Assembly: GCA_937867305.1 (NCBI GenBank)
Contig: CALMKJ010000025.1
Location: forward strand, 137,774-201,773
Reading direction: 5' to 3'
Origin: an uncultured Ectothiorhodospiraceae bacterium
Lineage (GTDB): Bacteria; Pseudomonadota; Gammaproteobacteria; JAABTG01
Length of the DNA stretch: 64,000 bases
Shown here: piece after piece, positions 20,301-27,908 of the stretch
Position numbering within the stretch: the stretch's first letter is position 1
Layout: every line of letters starts with the position of its first letter
Translations under genes and position numbers: made by a program
The notes under the pieces: generated by a model
What the model was told of the DNA's origin: nothing
Database searches by the model: none
The model's input: only the letters and a program-made list of their open reading frames with translations

Positions 20301-20916
20301 CGACAAGGACGTGAACCTGCTCGTCCTCGACACCGAGGTGTACTCGAACACCGGCGGACAGATGTCCAAGGCCACCCCCCGCGGGGCCATCGCGAAGTTT
20401 GCCGCGGGCGGAAAGGCGACCGGAAAGAAGGACCTGGCCATGATGGCCATGACGTACGGGCACGCCTACGTTGCCCAGGTGGCGCTGGGGGCGAAGGACG
20501 TCCAGACGGTGCGCGCCTTCCTGGAGGCCGAATCCTATCGCGGCCCGTCGCTCATCCTGGCCTACAGCCCGTGCATCGCCCAGGGGGTCGACCTGGAGCA
20601 GGCCCTGCAGCGTGAAGAGCTCGCGGTGCGCAGCGGGCACTGGCCGCTCTTCCGTTACGACCCGCGGCGGATTGCCGAGGGCAAGAGCCCCCTGCAGCTC
20701 GACTCGAAGCGGCCGGACATCCCCTACTCGGAGTTCACCCGAGCCGAGACTCGCTTCAGCGCGCTCGGGCGCAGGCATCCAGAGGCCGCCGAGCAGTTTG
20801 CGAAGGCCTCGCAGGAGGAGGTGAACGAGCGCTTCCACCACTACGAGCAGCTGGCCGGGCTCTCCGTGGAGGACGCAGCCGCACACCAGGCGCTGCACCC
20901 TTCCGGCGGGCACTGA
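17305..20916 (+). CDS. nifJ: Pyruvate:ferredoxin (flavodoxin) oxidoreductase, single-chain type
   Basis: 1,203 aa. 'IAIYPITPSSPM', two 4Fe-4S motifs 'CTQCGKCPLVCP' and 'CTGCSLCVDVCP', TPP-binding 'GGDGWAYDIGFGGLDHV'. Confidence 0.93.
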   Translation: MSEPSTLTLDGNEAAATIAHLTSEVIAIYPITPSSPMGELAEQWTEEGRENLWGVVPQVVEMQSEGGAAGAVHGALQAGTLSTTFTASQGLLLMIPNMYKIAGELTPMVMHVAARTVAAHALSIFADHSDVMAVRQTGFAMIASNSVQEVMDIAAIASAATLEGRVPVVHFFDGFRTSHEVSKVHAVGRETVRAMIDDQWVAAHRDRALSPDRPVIRGTAQNPDVFFQGREGVNPFYDAFPGVVQGAMDRFAALTGRRYQLFDYVGAPDAERVLVAMGSGAETCQEAVEFLVRRGERVGLVKVRLYRPFVGEKLVQALPRTVRRIAVLDRTKEPGSDGEPLYKDVVTAIAQHMGNGGTWLPAMPRILGGRYGLSSKEFTPGMVKAVLDELSKAKPKNGFTVGIYDDVSHSSLAWDPDFATDAHAGQVQALFYGLGSDGTVSANKNTIKIIGEETDLNAQGYFVYDSKKSGAITVSHLRFGPKPTVSPYLIGDGEASFVACHQPIFLERYDMLEKARAGAVFLLNSPVPADRVWESLPRKMQRQLIDKKLRFYVIDAYRVAGETGMGRRINTIMQTCFFAISDVLPREEAISRIKYAVEKTYGKKGPEVVQKNFQAIDTTLANLFEVPVPAEVTSAWDRPPPVSPAAPVFVREVIGEMIAGRGDQLPVSVFPADGSWPMGSAKWEKRNLALEIPVWDEQLCTQCGKCPLVCPHAAIRSKVIAPEALAGAPDTFKHVAVKGKDFPAGYHIAYQVSPEDCTGCSLCVDVCPIRDKANPGHKALNMGPQPPLREQERANWEFFLALPALDRREVKWTTIKGCMLSEPLFEFSGACVGCGETPYVKLASQLFGDRMLVANATGCSSIYGGNLPTTPWTTNAEGRGPAWANSLFEDNAEFGLGFRLAVDQLAAYAGSLLRRLSDAIGAEQVRAILEADQSDEAGIYDQRERVADLRRRLAALDSPLARELERVAEYFVRRSVWIMGGDGWAYDIGFGGLDHVLASDKDVNLLVLDTEVYSNTGGQMSKATPRGAIAKFAAGGKATGKKDLAMMAMTYGHAYVAQVALGAKDVQTVRAFLEAESYRGPSLILAYSPCIAQGVDLEQALQREELAVRSGHWPLFRYDPRRIAEGKSPLQLDSKRPDIPYSEFTRAETRFSALGRRHPEAAEQFAKASQEEVNERFHHYEQLAGLSVEDAAAHQALHPSGGH

Positions 20917-21016
20917 CCTCGTCCTGCCTGCCCTGCGGGGAACTCCTCGGTGTCACTGGCCGAGGCGGGCGACTTGCGGCTATATTGAAAGGTGAAGTGT
21001 CACGCGGGATGCGCTG

Positions 21017-21463
21017 ATGCAAAGGGTCTTTCCTTATCTCACCGATGAGGAAGAGCGCGCGCTGCTCGAGAAGAGTGGTGTCTCACGGTTCACCCCCGGC
21101 GCGCCCATCGTGCGCGAGGGCGACCACCACAACGCGCTCTACGTGCTGCGGGCAGGGCATGTGCGGGTGGAGAAGAACAGCGCCGGGTTCCCTCTCGAGC
21201 TGGCCCGGCTCGGGCCCGGGGAGATCTTCGGGGAGATGTCGTTCATCGATGGCTCGCCGGCGAGCGCCGACATCATCGCCAACGACCCCGTGGAGGCCTA
21301 CGTGGTCGACGGGCAGATCCTGGACCCGCTGCTGCGCAAGTACCCCAGCATCTACGGCCGGTTGTTCCGATCGCTTGCGGCGATCCTGGCGCGGCGCCTG
21401 CGCGAGACGGCCTCGCTGGTCAACCTCATCGAGGCCTCCACCCCCCAGTGGCAGCCCGAATGA
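21017..21463 (+). CDS. Stand-alone cyclic-nucleotide-binding (cNMP/Crp-effector) domain protein without a DNA-binding domain
   Basis: '[19 protein letters not shown]' beta-barrel/phosphate-binding cassette-like motif. 148 aa; no HTH follows. Confidence 0.78.
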   Translation: MQRVFPYLTDEEERALLEKSGVSRFTPGAPIVREGDHHNALYVLRAGHVRVEKNSAGFPLELARLGPGEIFGEMSFIDGSPASADIIANDPVEAYVVDGQILDPLLRKYPSIYGRLFRSLAAILARRLRETASLVNLIEASTPQWQPE

Positions 21464-21897
21464 GCAAGGGCAGCGGTCCGGTCGCCGACCAGACCATCCG
21501 CTTCACGGTATCGCTGCCGGAGGAGCTGCTCGCGGCGCTCGACCGCCGCGTGCAGACGAGGGGCTACGAGTCACGCTCGGGGCTGGTGCGCGACCTGATC
21601 CGGGAGAAACTCGTCGAGGACCGCTGGCAGGACGAGGGCAAGGACGTGGTCGGTGTGCTCACCATCAGCTACGACCACCACCAGCGCGACCTGACACACA
21701 AGATCATGGAGATCCAGCACAACCAGTACGTGCACATCCTGTGCTCCACGCACGTGCACCTGGATCACCACAACTGCCTGGAGACCATCATCATCTCGGG
21801 GCACCCGCCGGAGATCGAGCGGATCAGCGACGAGATCCGCACCCTGCGCGGGGTGCGCTTCGCCGAGCTGACTCGCGCTGCGAAGGTGGACCTCTAG
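21460..21897 (+). CDS. nikR: Nickel-responsive regulator NikR (ribbon-helix-helix + C-terminal metal-binding domain)
   Basis: RHH '[19 protein letters not shown]'. Metal-site residues 'YDHHQRDL...[11 protein letters not shown]'. ATG 21460 overlaps the upstream stop in ATGA; GTG 21448 is an alternative. Confidence 0.85.
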   Translation: MSKGSGPVADQTIRFTVSLPEELLAALDRRVQTRGYESRSGLVRDLIREKLVEDRWQDEGKDVVGVLTISYDHHQRDLTHKIMEIQHNQYVHILCSTHVHLDHHNCLETIIISGHPPEIERISDEIRTLRGVRFAELTRAAKVDL

Positions 21898-21964
21898 GGC
21901 AGGCGAGCCCGCCCGTCGACGAGAGGTGGCCGGTCGCGATGGCAACCGGCCACCGGAACGGGAC

Positions 21965-23293
21965 TCAATCCGTCGTGGCTCTTTCTGCGCAGGCCCGGGC
22001 CTGGGACACGCAGTCGTTCAGGCCGATGCCGTAGTAGGCGTTCGCGGTCAGGTGAAGCCCGGGGAGACCCCGTACGCGCTCGAAGATCGCGTCGACGTTC
22101 GCCAGGTGCCCCACGGGGTAGTTGGGAATGCCCCGGGACCAGCGTTGCACGAAGGTCGCCGAGGGTGTCTCCGTCACGCCCATCGTTTCCGCCACGCCAC
22201 GGCGGGCGAGGGCCAGCAGGGCCTCCTCGCTCCCAGCGCTGAGCTCGGTGTCGCGCTGGCCGCCGATCATGACGCGCAGTGACTTCTTCCCCGGAGGTGC
22301 GCGGTCCGGGAAGATCGAGCTGTCCCAGAGCACGCCCAGGATCGGTTTGCGGGCCGAGGTCGTGGTGAGCAGTCCGAAGCCGTTGAGCGGGTGGGCGAGC
22401 CGCTCGTAGCCCAGGCCGATGACCGCGATGGGGGAGTACTCGATGCGGTCCAGGCGCTCGGATGCCTCCGCGTCGAGGGGAGCGAGCAGGCGCGACGTGA
22501 CGTAGGCCGGCGTGGTCAGGATCACCCGGTCCGCCGTCACCTCGAGGCCAGGGCCCGTCAGGCGCCAGAGGGCACCGTCGCGGGCGAGTCCGGTCACCTC
22601 GGCCCCGAGCCGCACATCGGCCTGAATCGCCCGGCCCAGGTGCTCGGTGAAGGTGCTCACCCCGCGCACGAAGCTCATGAGCACTCCACCGGGGCCTGCC
22701 TCCTTCTTGCGTTTCTTCAGCATCCCCTTGAACAGGCCGCCGTATTCGCGCTCCAGGCGCACCACCAGGGGGAAGGCGGCGTTCACGGAGATGCGGTCGG
22801 GGGTCGATGCGTAGATCCCGGCGACCATCGCGTCGAGGAAGACGTCGGTGAACTCGCGCCCCACGCGGCGGTAGCCGAACTGCTGCAACGTCTCTTCGCT
22901 GCCCTCGCGCCGCGCCGGCACCAGCACTTCGCCCAGCACGCGGAGCTTGCCCCCGAGGCTGAGCAGGGGCGTGCGCACGAAGCTCATGGCGTCCTCGGGC
23001 AGCCGGTGCAGGGCATCGCTGTAGACGTAACGCAGCCGGGCGGCGTCGTTGCTGCGCATGAGCAGAGGTTCGGCCCCGCTCTCCCGCACGAGCTCGAGCG
23101 TGTCGGGCTTGTTGCTGAGGAATCCGTTGCTCCCCGCCTCGAACCGGAAACCGTCGACCTCCACGGTCTGCATCGTCCCGCCGAGCTTCGCGTCGCGCTC
23201 GAGCAACACCACCTCGGCCTCGGGCCGACGGCGTTTCACATAGAAGGCGGCCGAAAGACCGCTGATACCCCCACCGACGACCGCGATGCGCAC
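21965..23293 (-). CDS. hemY: HemY-type protoporphyrinogen/coproporphyrinogen oxidase (FAD-dependent)
   Basis: Dinucleotide fold 'MRIAVVGGGISGLSAAFYV'. C-terminal 'RWSRGIPNYPVGH...YYGIGLNDCV', typical of PPOX/HemY. GTG start preceded by GAGGAGAAGAG. Confidence 0.72.
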   Translation of the reverse strand: MRIAVVGGGISGLSAAFYVKRRRPEAEVVLLERDAKLGGTMQTVEVDGFRFEAGSNGFLSNKPDTLELVRESGAEPLLMRSNDAARLRYVYSDALHRLPEDAMSFVRTPLLSLGGKLRVLGEVLVPARREGSEETLQQFGYRRVGREFTDVFLDAMVAGIYASTPDRISVNAAFPLVVRLEREYGGLFKGMLKKRKKEAGPGGVLMSFVRGVSTFTEHLGRAIQADVRLGAEVTGLARDGALWRLTGPGLEVTADRVILTTPAYVTSRLLAPLDAEASERLDRIEYSPIAVIGLGYERLAHPLNGFGLLTTTSARKPILGVLWDSSIFPDRAPPGKKSLRVMIGGQRDTELSAGSEEALLALARRGVAETMGVTETPSATFVQRWSRGIPNYPVGHLANVDAIFERVRGLPGLHLTANAYYGIGLNDCVSQARACAERATTD

Positions 23294-23340
23294 TGGCTCT
23301 TCTCCTCACGTGATCCCGGGGCGGATCATCGGGGAGTTTC

Positions 23341-23372
23341 GTGGGGCCCGTCAAACGTGGGGCCCGTCAAAC
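23341..23372. repeat. Perfect tandem duplication of a 16-bp unit (GTGGGGCCCGTCAAAC x2)
   Basis: Read directly: unit 1 at 23341-23356, unit 2 at 23357-23372. Each unit carries GGGCCC and, on the minus strand, TTGACG. Confidence 0.95.
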
Positions 23373-23399
23373 GCAAAGACCGGCCTCGGGGCCGGTCTT
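23366..23399 (-). terminator. Probable intrinsic terminator downstream of the small membrane-protein gene
   Basis: 10-bp GC-rich stem AAGACCGGCC/GGCCGGTCTT (23376-23399) with a 4-nt loop. On the minus strand it is followed by UGCGUUUG. Lies 32 nt after the TAA stop at 23431-23433. Confidence 0.55.
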
Positions 23400-23430
23400 G
23401 CGCGAAGCGCGGGGGGGCTGGGACGCGGCG

Positions 23431-23682
23431 TTATGCGGACGGCTTACTGTCGCCCTCGGCGCCAAAGTCGGTGGAACAGGTCAGGGACTTGCACGACGCG
23501 CCGAAGGAGCCGGGCATCAGCCGGCAGAGGCGGCAGGGGAGCCGACTGCAGCAGGCCAGCAGGATCCCGCTCACGATGAGCCACCAGAGAATGAAATCGG
23601 CCTGAAGGAGGGCGCCGGGTCTGTCGTGAACGAAGAGCCAGAGGACCGCCGTGAGGCCCAAGCCATAAACGAAGTAGACCAT
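23431..23682 (-). CDS. Small (83 aa) two-TM membrane protein with six Cys clustered from the end of TM2 into the C-terminal tail; function unknown
   Basis: MVYFVYGLGLTAVLWLFV...FILWWLIVSGILLACCSRLPCRLCRLMPGSFGASCKSLTCSTDFG. GC-rich third positions. GAGAGG lies 9 nt upstream of ATG 23682. The longer ORF start (23823) lies upstream of the predicted sigma-54 promoter. Confidence 0.55.
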   Translation of the reverse strand: MVYFVYGLGLTAVLWLFVHDRPGALLQADFILWWLIVSGILLACCSRLPCRLCRLMPGSFGASCKSLTCSTDFGAEGDSKPSA

Positions 23683-23778
23683 CGTTTTCGACCTCTCGAG
23701 CCCTGGTTCGTCGCTCGCGGCGGGGTGGCGACGGGGCGCCACGGGGGTGCGGCGAGCGTCCGGTACGTCTCCTTCCAG

Positions 23779-23794
23779 AGCAAACGCTGTGCCG
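23779..23794 (-). promoter_or_regulatory. Sigma-54 (-24/-12) promoter
   Basis: Minus strand reads cGGCACAGCGTTTGCT, against consensus TGGCAC-N5-TTGCW, with exact GG-N10-GC spacing. It lies ~97 nt upstream of ATG 23682, and the divergent neighbour is a sigma-54 activator. Confidence 0.6.
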
Positions 23795-24003
23795 GTCTCC
23801 GAATCACCGCCCCGACGGTGCATCCAACGCTGACCGGGTTCCGTAGCCGCTGATTATATTAGCGGTTACGAATGGACTTGTCTTCAGTTCAGTCCCGGGA
23901 CGACCGGGAAAACCCATGGTGGGTGACAAAAGTGACATAATGCATCCCGCGAGCCTGCCGTTATTGTCGGTAGGCGCGGCGAGCGCAGTGGGGGGGTAGA
24001 CGG

Positions 24004-25350
24004 ATGGCGGTGACGAACGAAAGCCTTCTGGAGTGCTTCGAGGGGCCCGCGGCGCTGCTCGACCCGGACTACGGCATCGTCGCCGCCAATGAGGCCTACC
24101 GCCGCGACTATGCCCCCGGGGGGATTCGGCCCGGCGCGCGCTGCTATGAGGTGTCGCACGGGTACCACGTCCCCTGCGACATGGCGGGGGAGAGTTGCCC
24201 CTTGCAGCGGTCTTTCGAGGCGGGCCAGCGCCAGCGCGTGCTGCACGTCCACTCGACCCCCCGGGGCGACGAGCACGTGGACGTGGAGACGCTGCCGGTG
24301 CGCGACGAGTCGGGAAGGGTGGCGTGGGTGGTGGAGCACGTCCGCCGGCCCCAGGTGTCGATGGCGCGGGCGAGCACCCACCCGATGGTAGGACGCTCAC
24401 CCACGTTCAACCGGATGCTCGAGCGCATCAACCGGGTGGCCCCGAGCCGGACCCCCGTGCTGCTGCAGGGCGAGTCCGGGACCGGCAAGGAGCTGGCGGC
24501 CTGGGCGATCCACGCGGCGAGCCTGTGCGCGCACGGCCCATTCGTCCCCGTGGAGTGCTCGGGCCTCTCCGAAACACTCTTCGAGAGCGAGCTCTTCGGC
24601 CACGAGCGCGGGGCCTTCACTGGTGCCGTGTCCCGCAAACAGGGGCTCATCGAGGCCGCGCGCGACGGGACGCTCTTCCTGGACGAGGTGGGGGACATCC
24701 CGCTCGCCCAGCAGGTCAAGCTGCTCAGGCTGCTCGAGACGGGCACCTACCGCCCGGTCGGCAGTGCCGTATCCCTGCACGCGGACTTCCGCCTCGTCTG
24801 CGCCACGAACCGGGACCTGAAGCGGATGATCGCGGAGGGCACGTTCCGCCAGGACCTGTACTATCGCATCAGCGCCTTTCCGGTGGACCTCCCGGCGCTG
24901 CGTGACCGGCCCGAGGACCTGCCCCTGCTCATCGAGTCGCTCCTGCACCGGATCGCGGGGGACCGACGGCTGCGCCTGGACGAAGCGGCGATGGATGCGC
25001 TGCGCCGCCACGCGTTCCCCGGCAACGTGCGGGAACTCCGCAACGTCCTGGAGCACGCGGCGCTGCTCGCCGACGGGGACACCATCTCCGTGGAGCACCT
25101 GCCCCGGGACTGCGCCTGCGCGGCGGTCAGCGGGGCGGGGCAGGTGCCGGACGACTGCGGCATCCTGCCGCTCGAGGTGGCGGAGCGCCGGTACCTGCTG
25201 CAGACCCTGCGCAGTTTCCGCGGGGACCGCCGCGAGCTCGCGGCCCGCCTGGGAATCAGCGAGCGCACGCTGTACCGCAAGCTCGAGGCCATCCACTCGG
25301 CAGGAGAATTTGGCTGCGCCGAGAGGGCGCGGCCCTCCGTCCCGGGCTGA
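24004..25350 (+). CDS. Sigma-54-dependent transcriptional activator (PAS-like Cys/His-rich sensor + AAA+ + Fis-type HTH)
   Basis: AAA+ '[15 protein letters not shown]', GAFTGA loop 'ERGAFTGA', 'RQDLYYRI', HTH '[18 protein letters not shown]'. The N-terminal ~120 aa contain '[20 protein letters not shown]'. No receiver domain. Confidence 0.9.
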   Translation: MAVTNESLLECFEGPAALLDPDYGIVAANEAYRRDYAPGGIRPGARCYEVSHGYHVPCDMAGESCPLQRSFEAGQRQRVLHVHSTPRGDEHVDVETLPVRDESGRVAWVVEHVRRPQVSMARASTHPMVGRSPTFNRMLERINRVAPSRTPVLLQGESGTGKELAAWAIHAASLCAHGPFVPVECSGLSETLFESELFGHERGAFTGAVSRKQGLIEAARDGTLFLDEVGDIPLAQQVKLLRLLETGTYRPVGSAVSLHADFRLVCATNRDLKRMIAEGTFRQDLYYRISAFPVDLPALRDRPEDLPLLIESLLHRIAGDRRLRLDEAAMDALRRHAFPGNVRELRNVLEHAALLADGDTISVEHLPRDCACAAVSGAGQVPDDCGILPLEVAERRYLLQTLRSFRGDRRELAARLGISERTLYRKLEAIHSAGEFGCAERARPSVPG

Positions 25351-25421
25351 GCCCGCAGCCCTCTCCATCCTCCCTGCCATGTCGTACCATGGGTCCCTGA
25401 CCCAGGGTGGAGGAGAAGAAC

Positions 25422-25673
25422 ATGCTCGGTGAGTCCCACGACCTGCTGCACGAGTTCCCGCAGTTCGCCCGGGAGATCGCGGAACTACAGGGGAGCGATG
25501 ACGGCTTCTCCCGGACGATGCGCGAGTACGACGAGCTCGACGCGGACATCCGCCGCCTGGAGGAGCTCGGCCAGCCGGTCGCCGACGTGACGATCGAGGC
25601 CCTCAAGACCCACCGGGTGTTCCTCAAGGATCGGCTCTACACGCGCCTGATGGCTTCGCTCGCGGGCGGCTAG
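25422..25673 (+). CDS. DUF465 (YdcH-like) small protein
   Basis: 'HDLLHEFPQFAREIAELQ...YDELDADIRRLE...LKTHRVFLKDRL' resembles E. coli YdcH. GGAGGAG precedes ATG 25422. Confidence 0.75.
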   Translation: MLGESHDLLHEFPQFAREIAELQGSDDGFSRTMREYDELDADIRRLEELGQPVADVTIEALKTHRVFLKDRLYTRLMASLAGG

Positions 25674-26767
25674 CCGCCAGGCTTTCGCCCGCCCCGGGCA
25701 GCGAGCCAGCCGAGGGGGTCTGCAGGGTCGACGTCCGCCATGAAGGGCAGGCGCCGGCTGTGGTTGGTGACCTGATACACGGCACCGATCCAGTTGCCCA
25801 CCACCGCCTCCGCCGTGTCGTGCCACGTGTTGTGCAGGCTCGAGGCAATCCGGTCTTCCGGCAGGTCCGGCGGGTCGTCGCCCCTCTCCATGGCGGCGAG
25901 GATGCGGTCCCGGTGCTCCTCCAGGATCGCCCGGGTCTGCAGGCCGAAGTAGTGGTCGGGAAAGGGGGGGTAGTCGGGTCGCTCGGACCGCCCGAAACGG
26001 GTCACCTCCCGTTTGTACTCCTTCAGCAGGCTGATCGTGTCGTACTCGGGGTGGCCCTGGAAGTACACCACCCGAAGCCCGTCCGCGCTCACGGCGAGGT
26101 GCACGCCCGCCACGGGGCTTTCGGCCAGCACGTGCAGCCCGCTCGCCTCGAACTGCTCCCGGCTGACCTCGTTGAATCGGGAGTGGGGGACGTCGAAGAG
26201 GGTATTCACGTCGTTCACCAGGGGGTGAGTCCGGTCGACGACCTCGTGGGTGAAGACGCCCCACCGCTTGAAGCCGAGGGGACGCCGCCTCTGGCCGTGC
26301 TGGAACTCCATCATCGCGTGGGTGGCCAGGCACGAGCACAACACGGACGTGACGTTCTCCAGCGCCCACTCCGTGACCCGGCGCAGGGGCTCCCAGAAAG
26401 GTTCCTGGGACAGGTCGGGATGGGTGACGTTCGCGCCGGTGATGATGAGCGCGTCGAGCCCATCCTCCTTCAGCTTCTCGAACGGCTCGTAGTGTCGCTG
26501 CACGTGCTCGAGTCCCTGGGGGCTGCGCGGCAGCTCGCTCAGGGTGAAGGGGTGCAGGTAGAACTGGGCGATCGGGTTCGCCTCGCCCACCAGCCGGAAG
26601 AACTGACGCTCGGTCGCTGCGAGCGCGGCGTCGGGCATCATGTTGAGGAGTCCGATGTGGAGCTCGCGGATGTCCTGGTGCACCGCCCAGTCGGCGGGGA
26701 TGACGTGCATGCCTTCCGCGCGCAGGCGCTGGAAGGTCGGCAGTGCGGAGTGGGCAACCAGGGGCAT
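25670..26767 (-). CDS. metA: Homoserine O-acyltransferase, MetA family
   Basis: 'IGLLNMMPD', 'DALIITGANV', catalytic-Cys region 'SVLCSCLATHA', 'VPHSRFNEV', 'YFQGHPEYD'. All are collinear with E. coli MetA. Confidence 0.88.
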   Translation of the reverse strand: MPLVAHSALPTFQRLRAEGMHVIPADWAVHQDIRELHIGLLNMMPDAALAATERQFFRLVGEANPIAQFYLHPFTLSELPRSPQGLEHVQRHYEPFEKLKEDGLDALIITGANVTHPDLSQEPFWEPLRRVTEWALENVTSVLCSCLATHAMMEFQHGQRRRPLGFKRWGVFTHEVVDRTHPLVNDVNTLFDVPHSRFNEVSREQFEASGLHVLAESPVAGVHLAVSADGLRVVYFQGHPEYDTISLLKEYKREVTRFGRSERPDYPPFPDHYFGLQTRAILEEHRDRILAAMERGDDPPDLPEDRIASSLHNTWHDTAEAVVGNWIGAVYQVTNHSRRLPFMADVDPADPLGWLAARGGRKPGG

Positions 26768-26795
26768 GGGAATCCTCCGTCGTGGACCCGGTGGC

Positions 26796-27641
26796 TCACC
26801 GGCCCCGGGAGATCGCCTCTTCCAGCAGGGCGAGGAAATGCGACTCGTCGGCCACGGCGGCGACCTCGTCGCTCGTCACGGCGTATCCGCGCGCCGTCGC
26901 GATCGCCTCGTAGCGGGGGATGCGGGAGCGGAAGAGCTTGGGGAACACCCACCGCGCGAACGCATCGGGGTCGACCTCGGCAACGTACTGCAGGCCCTCG
27001 TCCCGCAGGTACGCCGCGACCTCTTCGTCGAGAAAGGCCTCACGGTAATAGAGCGGCTTCGGGTCCGTGCGGGCGCGGAGCAGGAGCTGCTCCTCGTCGT
27101 GCTCGGTGGCCTGGATGTACAGGATGAGGGTGTGGCGGTCCAGGAGCTCGACGACCGAGTCGTCCTCGAGGTCGCACAGGCTGCCCCCGGCGTCATTCAC
27201 GAAGTGTCGGTACCCGTAGAGGTCGCGCGCCTTGCGGATGAACTCCGGGACGTCGCTCATCGCCAGGATCTCCGCGTGCCGGTGCAGTGCCTGGCGGCGC
27301 TTGAACTCGTGCAGCGACAGGCCGCCCAGTTCCGGGTTGCCCAGCTTGCCGACGAAGCTCGACACGGGCTGCAGGTTGTCGACCGTGATGTTGTTGCGTA
27401 CGTAGATCGAGTCCGAGCGCAGCAGGTCCCGCAGGAAGGGCACCTGCATCGCCTGCTGCTTGATGTTGTCCAGGATGGCCTCGTCGAGGTACCGGGTGCC
27501 GATCCGGTAGTCCCCCGAGTAGTGGAACCAGTTCTGGCGGCGCAGGAGGGTCGCGAGGCGTGTCTTGCCGACTCCCGACATCCCGAGCAACGTGACGCAC
27601 TTGTTGTCCCAGGCCCTGAATTCCCGCAGCGTGAGTCTCAC
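26796..27641 (-). CDS. P-loop NTPase of unknown function (shikimate-kinase/AAA-like fold suspected)
   Basis: Walker A 'LLGMSGVGKTRLA' near the N-terminus. 281 aa. Only 28 nt upstream of metA on the same strand. Confidence 0.6.
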   Translation of the reverse strand: MRLTLREFRAWDNKCVTLLGMSGVGKTRLATLLRRQNWFHYSGDYRIGTRYLDEAILDNIKQQAMQVPFLRDLLRSDSIYVRNNITVDNLQPVSSFVGKLGNPELGGLSLHEFKRRQALHRHAEILAMSDVPEFIRKARDLYGYRHFVNDAGGSLCDLEDDSVVELLDRHTLILYIQATEHDEEQLLLRARTDPKPLYYREAFLDEEVAAYLRDEGLQYVAEVDPDAFARWVFPKLFRSRIPRYEAIATARGYAVTSDEVAAVADESHFLALLEEAISRGR

Positions 27642-27759
27642 GGCGTGTCTCGCAAGGTGACCTCGAGCAGCGCCATTCTACGGCGAGCCCCCTCGGGACG
27701 CAGCCGCCCCTGCCCGAAACCGGGGACCGGCCGACGCGAGTGGGGTTTCAGGGAGGGAT

Positions 27760-27836
27760 TGGTCGGGGTGAGAGGATTTGAACCTCCGACCACACGGTCC
27801 CGAACCGTGTGCTCTACCAGGCTGAGCTACACCCCG
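27760..27836 (-). tRNA. tRNA-Pro (anticodon CGG)
   Basis: Reverse complement CGGGGTGTAGCTCAGCCTGGTAGAGCACACGGTTCGGGACCGTGTGGTCGGAGGTTCAAATCCTCTCACCCCGACCA. 7-bp acceptor stem, anticodon loop TTCGGGA, TPsiC GGTTCAAAT, encoded CCA. Confidence 0.93.
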
Positions 27837-27908
27837 AATTCACGTTCACAGGCTCCGGCAGGGGAGACCTGCCGGGGCGCACCCTCCGCGTTCCGCGGGA
27901 ACGCAAGG

